Origin: Clostridia bacterium
Lineage (GTDB): Bacteria; Bacillota; Clostridia; Christensenellales; Borkfalkiaceae
Direction: 5' to 3'
Assembly: GCA_029061465.1 (NCBI GenBank)
Contig: JAIDRY010000176.1
Coordinates: 1 to 56,047, forward strand
Length of the DNA stretch: 56,047 nucleotides
Position numbers and translations under genes: made by a program. The notes below the pieces were generated by a model. That model was not told the DNA's origin, made no database searches, and saw nothing but the letters and a program-made list of their open reading frames with translations. Within the stretch, counting starts at the first letter, position 1. Each line of letters begins with the position of its first letter. Shown in pieces: positions 19,034-28,908 of this stretch.

Positions 19034-20140
19034 TTAGTGCCTCTTTAAATCGCTTTCAACGGCAAGCTCCGTTTCAGCGTCGTAAACGTAAGCCGCCTCG
19101 TAGGGAACAAAGAACTTGAATTCGGAACCCATTGCAGGCGTGTGGTGGGGATTGACTTTCAAAATAATGTTAACGTCGCCCACGTTTGCGTAAACGTTGG
19201 TGGTGTCGCCCAAAAGCTCGGTAAGCTCTACGTTGGAGCTTATAACGTAGCCCTTTGCGCCCTTGCTCTCTTCAACAAGCTTGATAGCTTCGGGTCTGAA
19301 CGCAAATACTACTTCCTTGCCCTCGATGGAAGAAACGTCTTTGACGACGGGCTTGAGGTCGAACTGCTGACCGCCGACGGAAATTTTACCGCCCTCTACT
19401 TTGCCCTTTATAAAGTTCATAGGAGGCTCGCCTATGAAGCCTGCAACGAAGAGGTTGCGGGGGTGGAAATACAGCTCGTAAGGAGTGCCTATCTGCTGAA
19501 CGTATCCGCCCGACTTCATAACTACTATTCTGTCCGACATAGTCATAGCTTCGGTCTGGTCGTGGGTTACGTAAATTGTAGTTGCGCCGACCGAGCGGTG
19601 AATTTGTTTGATTTCCGAACGCATGGTTACGCGCTGCTTTGCGTCGAGGTTTGAAAGCGGCTCGTCCATAAGGAAAATTTTAACCTTTCTTATGAGCGCA
19701 CGGCCTACCGCGACACGCTGACACTGACCGCCGGAGAGGTTTCTCGGAAATCTTTCGAGATATTCTGTAAGACCGAGGATTTTTGCCGTCTGCTTAACCT
19801 TTTCGTCGATAACGTCCGCATCCACGCCTTCAAGCGTAAGACCGAAGCCGAGGTTTTCGTACACGGTGAGGTGAGGATAGAGCGCGTATGACTGGAATAC
19901 CATTGCGATACCTCTGTCGCGCGACGACATCTGATTTGCGAGAACGCCGTCGATATAGAATTCGCCGGAAGTAATATCTTCAAGTCCCGCAATCATACGA
20001 AGCGTCGTCGATTTACCGCAGCCCGAATCGCCTACAAGACAGATAAATTCTCCGTCCTTGATTTCCATATTGAAATCATGCACCGCATGATAACCGTTAG
20101 GATAAACTTTGTTTACGTCTTTGAATAAAAGTTGTGCCAT
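19034..20140 (-). CDS. ABC transporter ATP-binding protein, MsmK/MalK type (second copy)
   Basis: Walker A GDSGCGKST, ABC signature LSGGQCQRVA and Walker B FLMDEPLSNLD. Confidence 0.92.
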   Translation of the reverse strand: MAQLLFKDVNKVYPNGYHAVHDFNMEIKDGEFICLVGDSGCGKSTTLRMIAGLEDITSGEFYIDGVLANQMSSRDRGIAMVFQSYALYPHLTVYENLGFGLTLEGVDADVIDEKVKQTAKILGLTEYLERFPRNLSGGQCQRVAVGRALIRKVKIFLMDEPLSNLDAKQRVTMRSEIKQIHRSVGATTIYVTHDQTEAMTMSDRIVVMKSGGYVQQIGTPYELYFHPRNLFVAGFIGEPPMNFIKGKVEGGKISVGGQQFDLKPVVKDVSSIEGKEVVFAFRPEAIKLVEESKGAKGYVISSNVELTELLGDTTNVYANVGDVNIILKVNPHHTPAMGSEFKFFVPYEAAYVYDAETELAVESDLKRH

Positions 20141-20202
20141 TTTATTTTCCCCTGTTATTTATTTTTATTTTAATTTGCAAGTTTTTTTGCTTTTACAATC
20201 GA

Positions 20203-21072
20203 CTATTTCAAATCCTGCGTTTTGATATTGTCCATATCGTCGTAGGCCTGGTTTTCGCCGCACATACCCCAGATGAAGGTGTAGTTGTGCGTGCCCACTC
20301 CGCTGTGGATTGACCAGCTGGGCGAGATAACCGCCTGTTCGTTGTGCATAATGATGTGGCGGGTTTCATCGGGCTTGCCCATAAGGTGAATTACCGCCTG
20401 GTCCTCGGGAACCTCGAAGTACATATACACTTCCATTCTTCTTTCGTGCGTGTGGCTGGGAAGAGTGTTCCATGCACTGCCTTCCGCAAGCTCGGTCATA
20501 CCCATTGCAAGCTGACAGCTTTCGCACACGTCGCCGATAATGAACTGGTTTATCGTGCGCTTGTTAATTCCTTCAAGCGTGCCGAGGTGGCGCTGTACGC
20601 AATACTTAACGCCCTCGGGAGCGGGCTTGCCCTCGACGGGTTTAACTATTTTTACCGTGGGGTAGGTCTTGTGCGCGGGGCTTGAATTGATATAGAATTT
20701 TGCGGGATTGGAAGCGCTTACGGACGAGAACTCAACCTGTTTCGTTCCCATTCCGATATAGATACCCTCTTTAAAACCTATCTCGTATTTTTTGCCGTCA
20801 AGCGTGATTACGCCCGCGCCGCCAATATTGATAACGCCCATTTCGCGCCTTTCCAGAAAGTAAGCCGTTGCAAGCTCCTTGAAGGTGCCGAGGGACAAGG
20901 TCTTTTTAACGGGCATTGCGCCGCCCGCTATTATTCTGTCTTGGTGGGAATAGGTGAGGAGAATATCGTCCGCCTCGAAAAGCTTTTCAATTAAATATTT
21001 TTCCCTTAGCTCCTTAGTGTCGTAGTGCTTGGAATCGTCGGGATGGTTTGCATACCTTACGTCAAATTTCAT
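20203..21072 (-). CDS. kduI: 5-dehydro-4-deoxy-D-glucuronate isomerase
   Basis: 289 aa. The N-terminus ([28 protein letters not shown]) and the cupin core are typical of KduI. Confidence 0.9.
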   Translation of the reverse strand: MKFDVRYANHPDDSKHYDTKELREKYLIEKLFEADDILLTYSHQDRIIAGGAMPVKKTLSLGTFKELATAYFLERREMGVINIGGAGVITLDGKKYEIGFKEGIYIGMGTKQVEFSSVSASNPAKFYINSSPAHKTYPTVKIVKPVEGKPAPEGVKYCVQRHLGTLEGINKRTINQFIIGDVCESCQLAMGMTELAEGSAWNTLPSHTHERRMEVYMYFEVPEDQAVIHLMGKPDETRHIIMHNEQAVISPSWSIHSGVGTHNYTFIWGMCGENQAYDDMDNIKTQDLK

Positions 21073-21102
21073 AATTAATTTCCTTATGTTTTTTATTTGT
21101 TT

Positions 21103-21942
21103 TTAAACTCTGTTCCAGACTTCCTTTATAAAGTTCACGCAAGGCACTATGTCGTCGCCCGTGGTGCCTTCCAGAACGAGAACGGCGTTTTTATCGTACG
21201 CCTTTATTTTAGAAAGTATTTTATCGAAGTCGAACATTCCTTTGCCGGGGGCAACCTGCTTAAGCTTTCCGTCCTCGAACACGCAGTCCTTTATATGGAA
21301 GACGTGGATTTTACCCGCAAATGTCTTTAAGCCTTCTTCCAAAATTTCGAGATAGCTTTGGTAGTTGGAAGCGTCGAGGTAATTATAGATATCGAATATA
21401 ATTTTAATATTGTCCGCGGCAATCTCGTCCACCGCCCTTTTTAGGGTGGCAACGTTCCAGCAGACGTGCCCCGCAGCGCCTTCCATTCCGACGAAAGCGC
21501 CGACCTCTTTTGCGTAAGCGGCAAGCTCTTTAAAGGTTGCGATTACCGTTTGCAAAGCTTCTTCCGTGCGGTTTAAAGGATTGTAAGTCCACTTGTCGTC
21601 GTTAAAGCTGCCCGTTTCCGAACCGACCACGTTACAGCCGAGGTATTTGGAATATTTTATATACTCCTTAAAAACCGCCTTGCCGTTTTCAACCTTACTT
21701 TTATTGGAATGGACGGGATTGAAGTACGCGCCGATAAGCCCTACGTTTATTCCCGCGTCCTTAAGCGCATTGCCGATATTTTGAGCAACGGATTTATCTA
21801 GCTGCCCCGCCTCGTACTTGATTTCGTCCATAAATTTATACGCGACGAGCTGCACCGCGGAAATACCGCACGCGTTCGCTTTTTCTATTGCATTTTGTAA
21901 CCCCTTTACGCCGAGGTCGTGTGTGCGAAAAGCTATTTGCAT
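21103..21942 (-). CDS. sugar phosphate isomerase/epimerase (xylose isomerase-like TIM barrel)
   Basis: The ORF track starts at 22014, but that 24-codon extension overlaps the kdgK 3' end. The in-frame ATG at 21942 (MQIAFRTHDLG...) lies 8 nt after the kdgK stop. TIM-barrel pattern with the family's conserved E/H positions. Confidence 0.75.
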   Translation of the reverse strand: MQIAFRTHDLGVKGLQNAIEKANACGISAVQLVAYKFMDEIKYEAGQLDKSVAQNIGNALKDAGINVGLIGAYFNPVHSNKSKVENGKAVFKEYIKYSKYLGCNVVGSETGSFNDDKWTYNPLNRTEEALQTVIATFKELAAYAKEVGAFVGMEGAAGHVCWNVATLKRAVDEIAADNIKIIFDIYNYLDASNYQSYLEILEEGLKTFAGKIHVFHIKDCVFEDGKLKQVAPGKGMFDFDKILSKIKAYDKNAVLVLEGTTGDDIVPCVNFIKEVWNRV

Positions 21943-21949
21943 TTTGATT

Positions 21950-22981
21950 TTATCTCTGAACGCGACCCGAGCCGTCGCCGCCAGCCAACGCCTCAACTTC
22001 CTTGCGCGAAACAAGGTTGAAGTCGCCGGGGATAGTGTGTTTTAATGCGGAAGCCGCAACGCCGAATTCGAGCGCCGACTTGAAGTCTTTGCCGTCTAAG
22101 AAGCCCGTGATTACGCCGCCCGCAAAGCTGTCGCCGCCGCCTACACGGTCAACGATAGGGTGAAGCGAATAGGTCTTGGAATGATAGAATTCCTTATCCT
22201 TTGCGCTGTAAATGCAAGCCGACCAGCCGTTGTCCGAAGCCGAGTGGCTTACGCGGAGGGAGCTTATGCAATACTTGAAGCCCAAATCCTTAACCATTCT
22301 TTCAAAGATATCGCGATAGCCCGCAAGCTCCAAATCACCGCTGGTTACGTCCGTCTTGCCGGGCTTGTAACCGAGAACGAGGTCCGCGTCCTCTTCGTTG
22401 CCGATACAAACGTCAACGTATTTCATAAGGTTGGTCATTACCTTTTTAGCCTTATCGCTCGACCAGAGCTTTTTACGGAAGTTCAAGTCGCATGATACCG
22501 TTACGCCGTGCTTTTTAGCAGCCTTTAATGCTTCCTCGGTGAGAACAGCCGCGCTGTCCGATACGGCGGGAGTAATACCAGTGAAGTGGAACCAGTCCGC
22601 GTCCTTGAAGATTGCGTCGAAGTCAAAATCCTTAGCGGTTGCCGTAGTGATAGAGGAATGAGCTCTGTCGTAAACGACCTTGGAAGGTCTTATTGAAGCG
22701 CCCGTTTCCAGATAATAGATACCCAGCCTTTCACCGCACTTTGCGATATGGCAAGTTTCTACGCCGTATTTTCTGAGTGACGCGATAGCGCATTCGCCGA
22801 GCTCGTTGTCGGGAACTGCGGTTACGAATTCGGCTTTGTGTCCGTAGTTTGCGCAGGATACCGCAACGTTTGCTTCACCGCCGCCGTAGTTGATATCGAA
22901 CTCGTCGGCCTGAATAAACTTTTCATTGTTGGGGGTGGAAAGGCGGAGCATTATCTCGCCCATGGTTACTATTTTTTTCAT
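21950..22981 (-). CDS. kdgK: 2-dehydro-3-deoxygluconokinase (PfkB family)
   Basis: 343 aa with PfkB motifs (GGGEANVAV near the N-terminus, GGGDSFAGG near the C-terminus). Located in a KDG pathway context. Confidence 0.88.
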   Translation of the reverse strand: MKKIVTMGEIMLRLSTPNNEKFIQADEFDINYGGGEANVAVSCANYGHKAEFVTAVPDNELGECAIASLRKYGVETCHIAKCGERLGIYYLETGASIRPSKVVYDRAHSSITTATAKDFDFDAIFKDADWFHFTGITPAVSDSAAVLTEEALKAAKKHGVTVSCDLNFRKKLWSSDKAKKVMTNLMKYVDVCIGNEEDADLVLGYKPGKTDVTSGDLELAGYRDIFERMVKDLGFKYCISSLRVSHSASDNGWSACIYSAKDKEFYHSKTYSLHPIVDRVGGGDSFAGGVITGFLDGKDFKSALEFGVAASALKHTIPGDFNLVSRKEVEALAGGDGSGRVQR

Positions 22982-23021
22982 TATGTTTATCTCCTTATAT
23001 TTGCTAACACAGTTGACTGAT

Positions 23022-24041
23022 TTATTTTTTTAAAACAAGGTGCACGGCAAACCCGCCGAACTCGTGTTTTAAGTACGCCACGTTCATAACGCCTTCCGCG
23101 TTGTATTTTATAGAAGTTTCGTCCACTTCATAGCCGCGGAGCTTTAACTGATAAGCCGCACGTTTTACCGAGTTGGTTGCGATAGCAATGTGCCCGTACT
23201 TTCCGCGGAAGGGCTTTTTCATCATCTCCATATAGGTTGAAGCGAATACCGAGCTGTTGCCCACCTTCTTTTCAAACCCGAACGCCGCGTCGAATTCGTC
23301 TGCAACAGCTTCCGCCTCCTCGGGATTTGCACAGTTAAGTCCGACGTGAACCATAGTAAAGCCTAACATCTTGTCGATAGCTTCACGGCAGAGCTTGGTT
23401 ATACCTGCCCAGTCGCCAGCATTGATAAGCGCGGGAGGGACTATCCAGCTTCCTCCGCAGCATACTACTTTTTTAAACGCAAGATAATTATTAAGGTTAT
23501 CCGCAGTTACGCCGCCCGTAGGCATAAAGCGCATAGTCGAATAGGGTGCGCTTATCGCCTTTATGTAGGCAATGCCGCCCGCCTGCTCCGCGGGGAAGAA
23601 TTTAACGAAGTCCAGCCCTAATTCCAAAGCCTGCTCTATCTCGCTTGCAGAGGATACTCCCGGCGCGAAGGGCACGCCCTTATCAAGGCAGTGCTTAACT
23701 ACTTTTGCGTTAAGACCGGGAGCAACGCAGAATTTTGCGCCCGCTTTAATAGCCGCGTCCGCCTGCTCGCAGGAAAGCACGGTACCCGCACCCACAAGCA
23801 TATCGGGGTAAGCCTTGGTCATTCTCTTGATAACTTCGTCCGCACCCTTTGCACGGAAAGTTACTTCCGCACAGTTGATACCGCCGTCGCGCAGCGCCTT
23901 TGCAAGGTTTTCGGCGTCGTCCACGTTGTCGAGCTTAATTACGGGAACTATTCCAACGTTTTCAAACTCGTCCACAAGTGCGTCAATCTTTTCTTTAATG
24001 TTCAATTTGTTTCCTCCCTTTAAAAAGGCATTATCATACAC
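23022..24041 (-). CDS. eda: KDPG/KHG aldolase with extra C-terminal VOC-like domain
   Basis: The N-terminal ~210 aa are Eda-like (VGIVPVIKLDN...CAEVTFR...GAKFCVAPG...VKFFPA). The C-terminal ~125 aa (MVHVGLNCANPEEAEAVADEF...GHIAIATNSV) look like a glyoxalase/VOC fold. Confidence 0.85.
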   Translation of the reverse strand: MYDNAFLKGGNKLNIKEKIDALVDEFENVGIVPVIKLDNVDDAENLAKALRDGGINCAEVTFRAKGADEVIKRMTKAYPDMLVGAGTVLSCEQADAAIKAGAKFCVAPGLNAKVVKHCLDKGVPFAPGVSSASEIEQALELGLDFVKFFPAEQAGGIAYIKAISAPYSTMRFMPTGGVTADNLNNYLAFKKVVCCGGSWIVPPALINAGDWAGITKLCREAIDKMLGFTMVHVGLNCANPEEAEAVADEFDAAFGFEKKVGNSSVFASTYMEMMKKPFRGKYGHIAIATNSVKRAAYQLKLRGYEVDETSIKYNAEGVMNVAYLKHEFGGFAVHLVLKK

Positions 24042-24129
24042 TATAATTTTAAATTCACCACGCCAAACCGTCCATACACAAAACGGATTTATATATGTAT
24101 TTTTCGGGCATTAACTAAATAATATAAAA

Positions 24130-24161
24130 GCGCGGATAAAATGCGTAATTTTTACCCGCGC
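24130..24161 (-). terminator. possible intrinsic terminator after kduD
   Basis: GCGCGG (24130..24135) pairs with CCGCGC (24156..24161), with an AT-rich partly paired interior. On the minus strand TTTTATATTATTT follows. The large loop makes this call weaker. Confidence 0.35.
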
Positions 24162-24178
24162 ACTAAATTTAAAACCTT

Positions 24179-24931
24179 TTATCTTCCCAGCCAGCCGCCG
24201 TCTACCGCAAGCGTAAAACCGTTTACGTAGTCGGACGCGGACGAAGCAAGGAAAACAGCCGCGCCCTCGAGGTCGGCAGGGGTGCCCCACCTGCCCGCGG
24301 GGATACGCGCCAAAATGTCCGCGCTGCGCTCTTCGTCCTGACGCAGTGCCTGCGTGTTGTTGGTCGCCATATAGCCGGGAGCAATGCCGTTTACGTTTAT
24401 GCCGTATTTAGCCCACTCGTTGGCAAGCGTCATCGTTACGCCCTTGATTGCAGATTTTGAAGCCGTGTAGGAAGGAACGCGCACGCCGCCCTGATAGGAG
24501 AGCATTGAGGCGATATTAATAATTTTTCCGCCCGACTTCTGTTCCATAAATTTACGCGCAACGGCCTGGGTTAAGAAAAACACCGTCTTTAAATTTACGT
24601 TTAAAACGCTGTCCCAGTCCTCTTCGGAAAACTCGATACTGTCCTGTCTTTTTATAACCCCCGCGTTGTTTACGAGAATATCCACCCTGCCGAACTTGTC
24701 CACGGTTTTTGCGATAATTTCCGGAATGACGTCAACCGAGCTTAAATCCGCGATAACGTTGTAGAAGTTTTTACCGCAGATTTCTTCCGTTTCCGTGCTC
24801 GGTCTGCGCGACACTCCGACGACCTTTGCGCCCGCCTCTACGTAGGCGCGGCAAATTCCCTGCCCGAGCCCCGTGTTGCTGCCCGTAACTATAGCCACTT
24901 TACCTTTTAAAGAAAACTTGTCCAAAATCAT
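24179..24931 (-). CDS. kduD: 2-dehydro-3-deoxy-D-gluconate 5-dehydrogenase (SDR)
   Basis: 250 aa with the SDR motif TGSNTGLGQG and catalytic YTASK. KduD-like N-terminus (FSLKGKVAIVTG). Confidence 0.88.
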   Translation of the reverse strand: MILDKFSLKGKVAIVTGSNTGLGQGICRAYVEAGAKVVGVSRRPSTETEEICGKNFYNVIADLSSVDVIPEIIAKTVDKFGRVDILVNNAGVIKRQDSIEFSEEDWDSVLNVNLKTVFFLTQAVARKFMEQKSGGKIINIASMLSYQGGVRVPSYTASKSAIKGVTMTLANEWAKYGINVNGIAPGYMATNNTQALRQDEERSADILARIPAGRWGTPADLEGAAVFLASSASDYVNGFTLAVDGGWLGR

Positions 24932-24994
24932 TTTTTTATACCCCGATATTTTTTACCTTTATATCTTATATCAACTACCGCAATTTTGCAATAG

Positions 24995-25846
24995 TTATTT
25001 TTCAAAAACAACTTCTTTTCCTGCGCCTATCTCGTAAGTTTTTCCGCGAACTTCAACGAATACGGAAATTGCCGAATTGTTAATTACGCGTTCGCCGTCC
25101 ATTGAGTATATAAGATTTTCATACGCTTTAATGTAGTCGTACACCTCATCCAAAGTCGCAAGCCAAATATCGCCGCTCACTTTTAATCGGGCGCACAGCC
25201 CTTCTATTAAATCCCAGTTGTTATCGTTGTCGAACTCGTACGCGTGCCCCCAGATATTGAGAAGGAGACTTTCGCGCAGCTTCGGCTCTTTTTCGGGAGC
25301 GGAAGCAAAGAACTTGTCAACAATCTCTTCAAGCCTTTTGTCGTTGTGGTGGCAGGTGGCTTTAAGCCGCAGCCAGTCGTTTGGAATTTCGAAAGAATAG
25401 GACGGTTCTGTCGTCCGCGCGTAAATTATGCCGAGCGATTTCAACGCGCTTACCACCTCGTCATTGTACGCGCCGTAAGCGTAAGCCATTCCGCGCACAA
25501 CTCTTTTAAATTTGTTTTCGAGGTAAAGTCTGTTCAGCGTAACTTCCATGGCCGCTTCCGCCAGGGGGACTTTTGTCAGGTAAATATGCTTTTGCCCGTG
25601 CAGCGCAATTTCGTGATTGCAGCCTGCAAAGGTTTTAAACAAGTCATCTTCGTTTAGCCTGTTGTTCCAGTCCTGCGCGTCGAAAAGTCCGCTGTTGAGG
25701 TTGAACGTTCCCTTAACGCCGTACTTGTCGAATATCTTAATAAGTTTTCTGTCGGCGGCAACTCCGTCGTCGTAACTGAAAACCGCCGCCTTGCAAAGTC
25801 CGTTAGGATAGCGCATAAACTTTTCACTGCACATTCTGCTCTTCAC
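24995..25846 (-). CDS. polysaccharide deacetylase (CE4/NodB family)
   Basis: NodB block AAVFSYDDGV. The ORF-track start at 25894 overlaps the MATE gene. A GTG at 25846 lies 6 nt downstream of an AGGAGG (complement of 25853..25858). Alternative ATG starts are at 25834 and 25816. Confidence 0.75.
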   Translation of the reverse strand: MKSRMCSEKFMRYPNGLCKAAVFSYDDGVAADRKLIKIFDKYGVKGTFNLNSGLFDAQDWNNRLNEDDLFKTFAGCNHEIALHGQKHIYLTKVPLAEAAMEVTLNRLYLENKFKRVVRGMAYAYGAYNDEVVSALKSLGIIYARTTEPSYSFEIPNDWLRLKATCHHNDKRLEEIVDKFFASAPEKEPKLRESLLLNIWGHAYEFDNDNNWDLIEGLCARLKVSGDIWLATLDEVYDYIKAYENLIYSMDGERVINNSAISVFVEVRGKTYEIGAGKEVVFEK

Positions 25847-25856
25847 CGTCGTCCTC

Positions 25857-27296
25857 CTATTCGATAACTTCGTTTGCTTCCGTAGCCGCCGCATTTAAAA
25901 GCCCCGACGACTTTTTCCACCTGCCCGAAAGCAGTCTGCCGCCGAACAGCGCTCCTCTGAGAACCCAGTCGGCAACCATTCCTATCCAAAGCCCCAACGC
26001 GCCCATGTGAATACCGGCCCAGTCGCAGGTGAGAATATAGCAAAGCCCCACGCGCATTAAAAGCATTGAGCAGATAGACGAAATCATAACGTACTTCATA
26101 TCCGAGTTTGCCTTTAATACTGCGGGGAGCCCGAATGATAGGGGATATGTTAAAAACTGAGCGGGAAGGCAAATCAAAAGGCACTGCCACGCAATTGCCC
26201 GCGCCTCGCCGGAAATATTGTAAAAATTGAGAAGCGGCTGTGAAAGCGCAAGCGTTGCACCCACGCAAGCCGCGTTACCCACGTAGGAAATGAGCATCAT
26301 TTTTCTGATATAGTACTTAACCATATCCGTATTGCCCGTGCCCACCGCCTGACCTATTACCGTCAGTATAGAGGTGTTAATTCCGTTGCCGACTATCGAC
26401 GACACGGTATTGATATTTGCGGTAACAGAATTTGCCGAGGTGTTGAAATTAGTAACTACGCCGTTTATCACCACGTTGTAGCTTGCAATCGAGATAAAGA
26501 CTATAACGAAAATTTTACCGAGCTGGAAAAGGCTGTTTTCAACTCCGCTCGGCACGGCAAGTTTTAAAATGCGCGTTACGTGGTCCTTATCGAAACGGAG
26601 CTTTGTAAACGAAAACCTTACCGTGTTTGACTTTCTCGTCATTAAAATAAAAGTGAAAAATGCGGGGAAAATTCTTGCAAGCAGAGTGCCGAGTGCAACG
26701 CCCGCTATGCCGAGGTTTAAAGCGTAAATAAATATTGCGTTAAAACCAATATTGAGAAAGAAGCTAATCACACCCGAAAGCATAGTGTTCATACTCTTTC
26801 TCTGCGCCCGCAAAAGCGCGGCGCAACAGTTGAATATCGCAACGAAGGGGAACGAGCCGGCTATTATGTAAAAATAGGTGTAGGCGTTGTTTAAAGTGTT
26901 TTCACCCGACTGCCCGAATAGAAGATTTATTATCTGATTGTTCAGCCCCATGCCGAGCGCCATAAAGACAAGCGACATAGAAAGCATAATTACAATCAAC
27001 TGCTTTGCGCTTTGGTTTGCGTCGTCTATCTTTCCCGCGCCGATAAACTGTGAAGTGAGCACCGCACCGCCCACGCCGAACGCGGTAAAGAGTTGTATTA
27101 TAAGGCTGGAAATCTGGTCCACCTGCGAAATTGCGGTGAGTATGTCGTCGCCCGCGCCGCTCTTTGCGTACGAAGCCATAAGTCCGTCCACCATTCCGAG
27201 CGACATGGAAAGCGCCGATTCTATTACTATGGGAAGTATTAAAAAGAAGAGCGCTTTGTTTGTGAACAAGTCGTATCTTTGTTTGCTTTTTGTCAT
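25857..27296 (-). CDS. MATE family efflux transporter
   Basis: 479 aa with ~12 TM helices and a MatE-type repeat pattern. Confidence 0.85.
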   Translation of the reverse strand: MTKSKQRYDLFTNKALFFLILPIVIESALSMSLGMVDGLMASYAKSGAGDDILTAISQVDQISSLIIQLFTAFGVGGAVLTSQFIGAGKIDDANQSAKQLIVIMLSMSLVFMALGMGLNNQIINLLFGQSGENTLNNAYTYFYIIAGSFPFVAIFNCCAALLRAQRKSMNTMLSGVISFFLNIGFNAIFIYALNLGIAGVALGTLLARIFPAFFTFILMTRKSNTVRFSFTKLRFDKDHVTRILKLAVPSGVENSLFQLGKIFVIVFISIASYNVVINGVVTNFNTSANSVTANINTVSSIVGNGINTSILTVIGQAVGTGNTDMVKYYIRKMMLISYVGNAACVGATLALSQPLLNFYNISGEARAIAWQCLLICLPAQFLTYPLSFGLPAVLKANSDMKYVMISSICSMLLMRVGLCYILTCDWAGIHMGALGLWIGMVADWVLRGALFGGRLLSGRWKKSSGLLNAAATEANEVIE

Positions 27297-27345
27297 AACG
27301 CTCCTCCTTTTAAAATTTTATCTCGGTGCCCCCTCGGATTAGAAA

Positions 27346-28857
27346 TTAATTCTCAGGGTTTACCCTGTTATCCGTACAGGTTACGCGGAAGTGCTTAAAC
27401 AGTGCGCTTCCCTTTGAATTTTCTTCGTTGCTACGCGCATATACCCCGACTTTCGCGCCCGTCCACACGCCGCGCTCCGCCGAGAACTTGTGCGTGAACG
27501 CACTGCCGCCGAATGATAATTTGAACGTGAGATTGTAAGGATTTTCACGCTTAGCGGAAAGACTGAACGTTACGTAATCGTCGTCGTAAAGCTGGGATTT
27601 GGCAAGCGTTTCGTCGGACTCGCCGCCTATCACGCCCTCGCGTATTTCCATATAGTTGGCTCCGTCGCGGCGCACCACGCACGCGTAAACGTACTTGCGC
27701 CCGAACATTACGAAGCCAGCCTCGTCGCCGTCGTTTATCAAATTCAACTTGCACTTGCACTTTATTGAAAAGTTGAAGTAATTTACCTTTTGCATAAAGA
27801 GCTGAGGCACGTCCGAAAGGCTGTTGCCCTCATAATATATGCAATTTAACTTCAACCCGCGCTTTAACGAATACCAGTCCTCTCCGCGGTTTGCGGGAGT
27901 CTGCCACACGAGTGAAAGCTTATCGCCGTCGAACTCGTCGCTCGGGTCTATCGCGTAACCCGTAGAAACATTGACGGGGTATTCGCCGAACGGCACGGGC
28001 GTACCCGCTATATTGTCGCCCTCGTACTTGCCGCATATCACCCAGCCGTTTTCCCACACGGCGGGCTGTAAGTGAACTACTCTACCGTACGCGCCCATAT
28101 CCTGAAAATGCATAAACGCCCACTTTTCGCCGTAGTCGTCCAAATCTATAAGCGCGCCCTGGTGAGGGCCGTTTACGGGGCTGTCGCCCTGTCTGAGAAT
28201 TACTTTATGCTCGTAAGGTCCGTATATATTCTGCGAACGGAGCGCAACCTGCCAGCCCGTCCGCACGCCGCCTACGGGTGCGAGTATATAGAAGTAAATG
28301 CCCTTTTTATAAAATTTGGGACCTTCGATATTGGGCGCAATATCGTGTCCGTCGAAAATTATTTTGTATTCGGAAGTGACGCTCTTCAACTCCTCGTCCG
28401 CTTCCACTACGGCAAGCTTCGAGTTGAAGCCTATCCTGCTTTTGACGAACGCGAACACGATATAGCACTTTCCGTTATGCCATATGGGACAGGGGTCCTC
28501 GTAACCCGCACCGGTTATAAGCGGTCTTAACAGCGACCACTTGCCGTGTAAGTCCTCAGTTTCCGCAACGTAAATTCCCTCGTCGGGGAAAGGGATAAGG
28601 CAATAAAATTTGCCGTTGTGTTCCCTCAGCGACGGCGCCCAAGCGCCTTCGCCGTGACGGACCTTGTTGAACTTTTCAAAGGGGAGCGAATCTATTACGT
28701 AGTTGATTATCTCCCACTCGACAAGATTTTTGGAATGGAGAACGGGCACGCCGGGGACGTGATTGAAGCTCGACGCGACCATGTAGAAATCGTCGCCGAC
28801 GCGTATCACGTCGGGGTCGGAATAATCGCTTACTATAACGGGATTTTTGTACTGCAT
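27346..28857 (-). CDS. GH43 beta-xylosidase/alpha-L-arabinofuranosidase
   Basis: N-terminus NPVIVSDYSDPDVIRVGDDFYMVASSF, followed by a propeller and a C-terminal beta-sandwich. No signal peptide. Confidence 0.88.
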   Translation of the reverse strand: MQYKNPVIVSDYSDPDVIRVGDDFYMVASSFNHVPGVPVLHSKNLVEWEIINYVIDSLPFEKFNKVRHGEGAWAPSLREHNGKFYCLIPFPDEGIYVAETEDLHGKWSLLRPLITGAGYEDPCPIWHNGKCYIVFAFVKSRIGFNSKLAVVEADEELKSVTSEYKIIFDGHDIAPNIEGPKFYKKGIYFYILAPVGGVRTGWQVALRSQNIYGPYEHKVILRQGDSPVNGPHQGALIDLDDYGEKWAFMHFQDMGAYGRVVHLQPAVWENGWVICGKYEGDNIAGTPVPFGEYPVNVSTGYAIDPSDEFDGDKLSLVWQTPANRGEDWYSLKRGLKLNCIYYEGNSLSDVPQLFMQKVNYFNFSIKCKCKLNLINDGDEAGFVMFGRKYVYACVVRRDGANYMEIREGVIGGESDETLAKSQLYDDDYVTFSLSAKRENPYNLTFKLSFGGSAFTHKFSAERGVWTGAKVGVYARSNEENSKGSALFKHFRVTCTDNRVNPEN

Positions 28858-28908
28858 ATTTTAACCTCATTTTTTACGCGCCGAACCTCTGCCCGACGCG
28901 CCTTTATC

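Noticed and set aside
21943-22014. 24-codon N-terminal extension of the TIM-barrel isomerase ORF (MFRARKLRRWLAATARVAFRDKIK)
   Set aside because: It overlaps the 3' end of kdgK and is Arg-rich shadow sequence. The ATG at 21942, just after the kdgK stop, is the sensible start.
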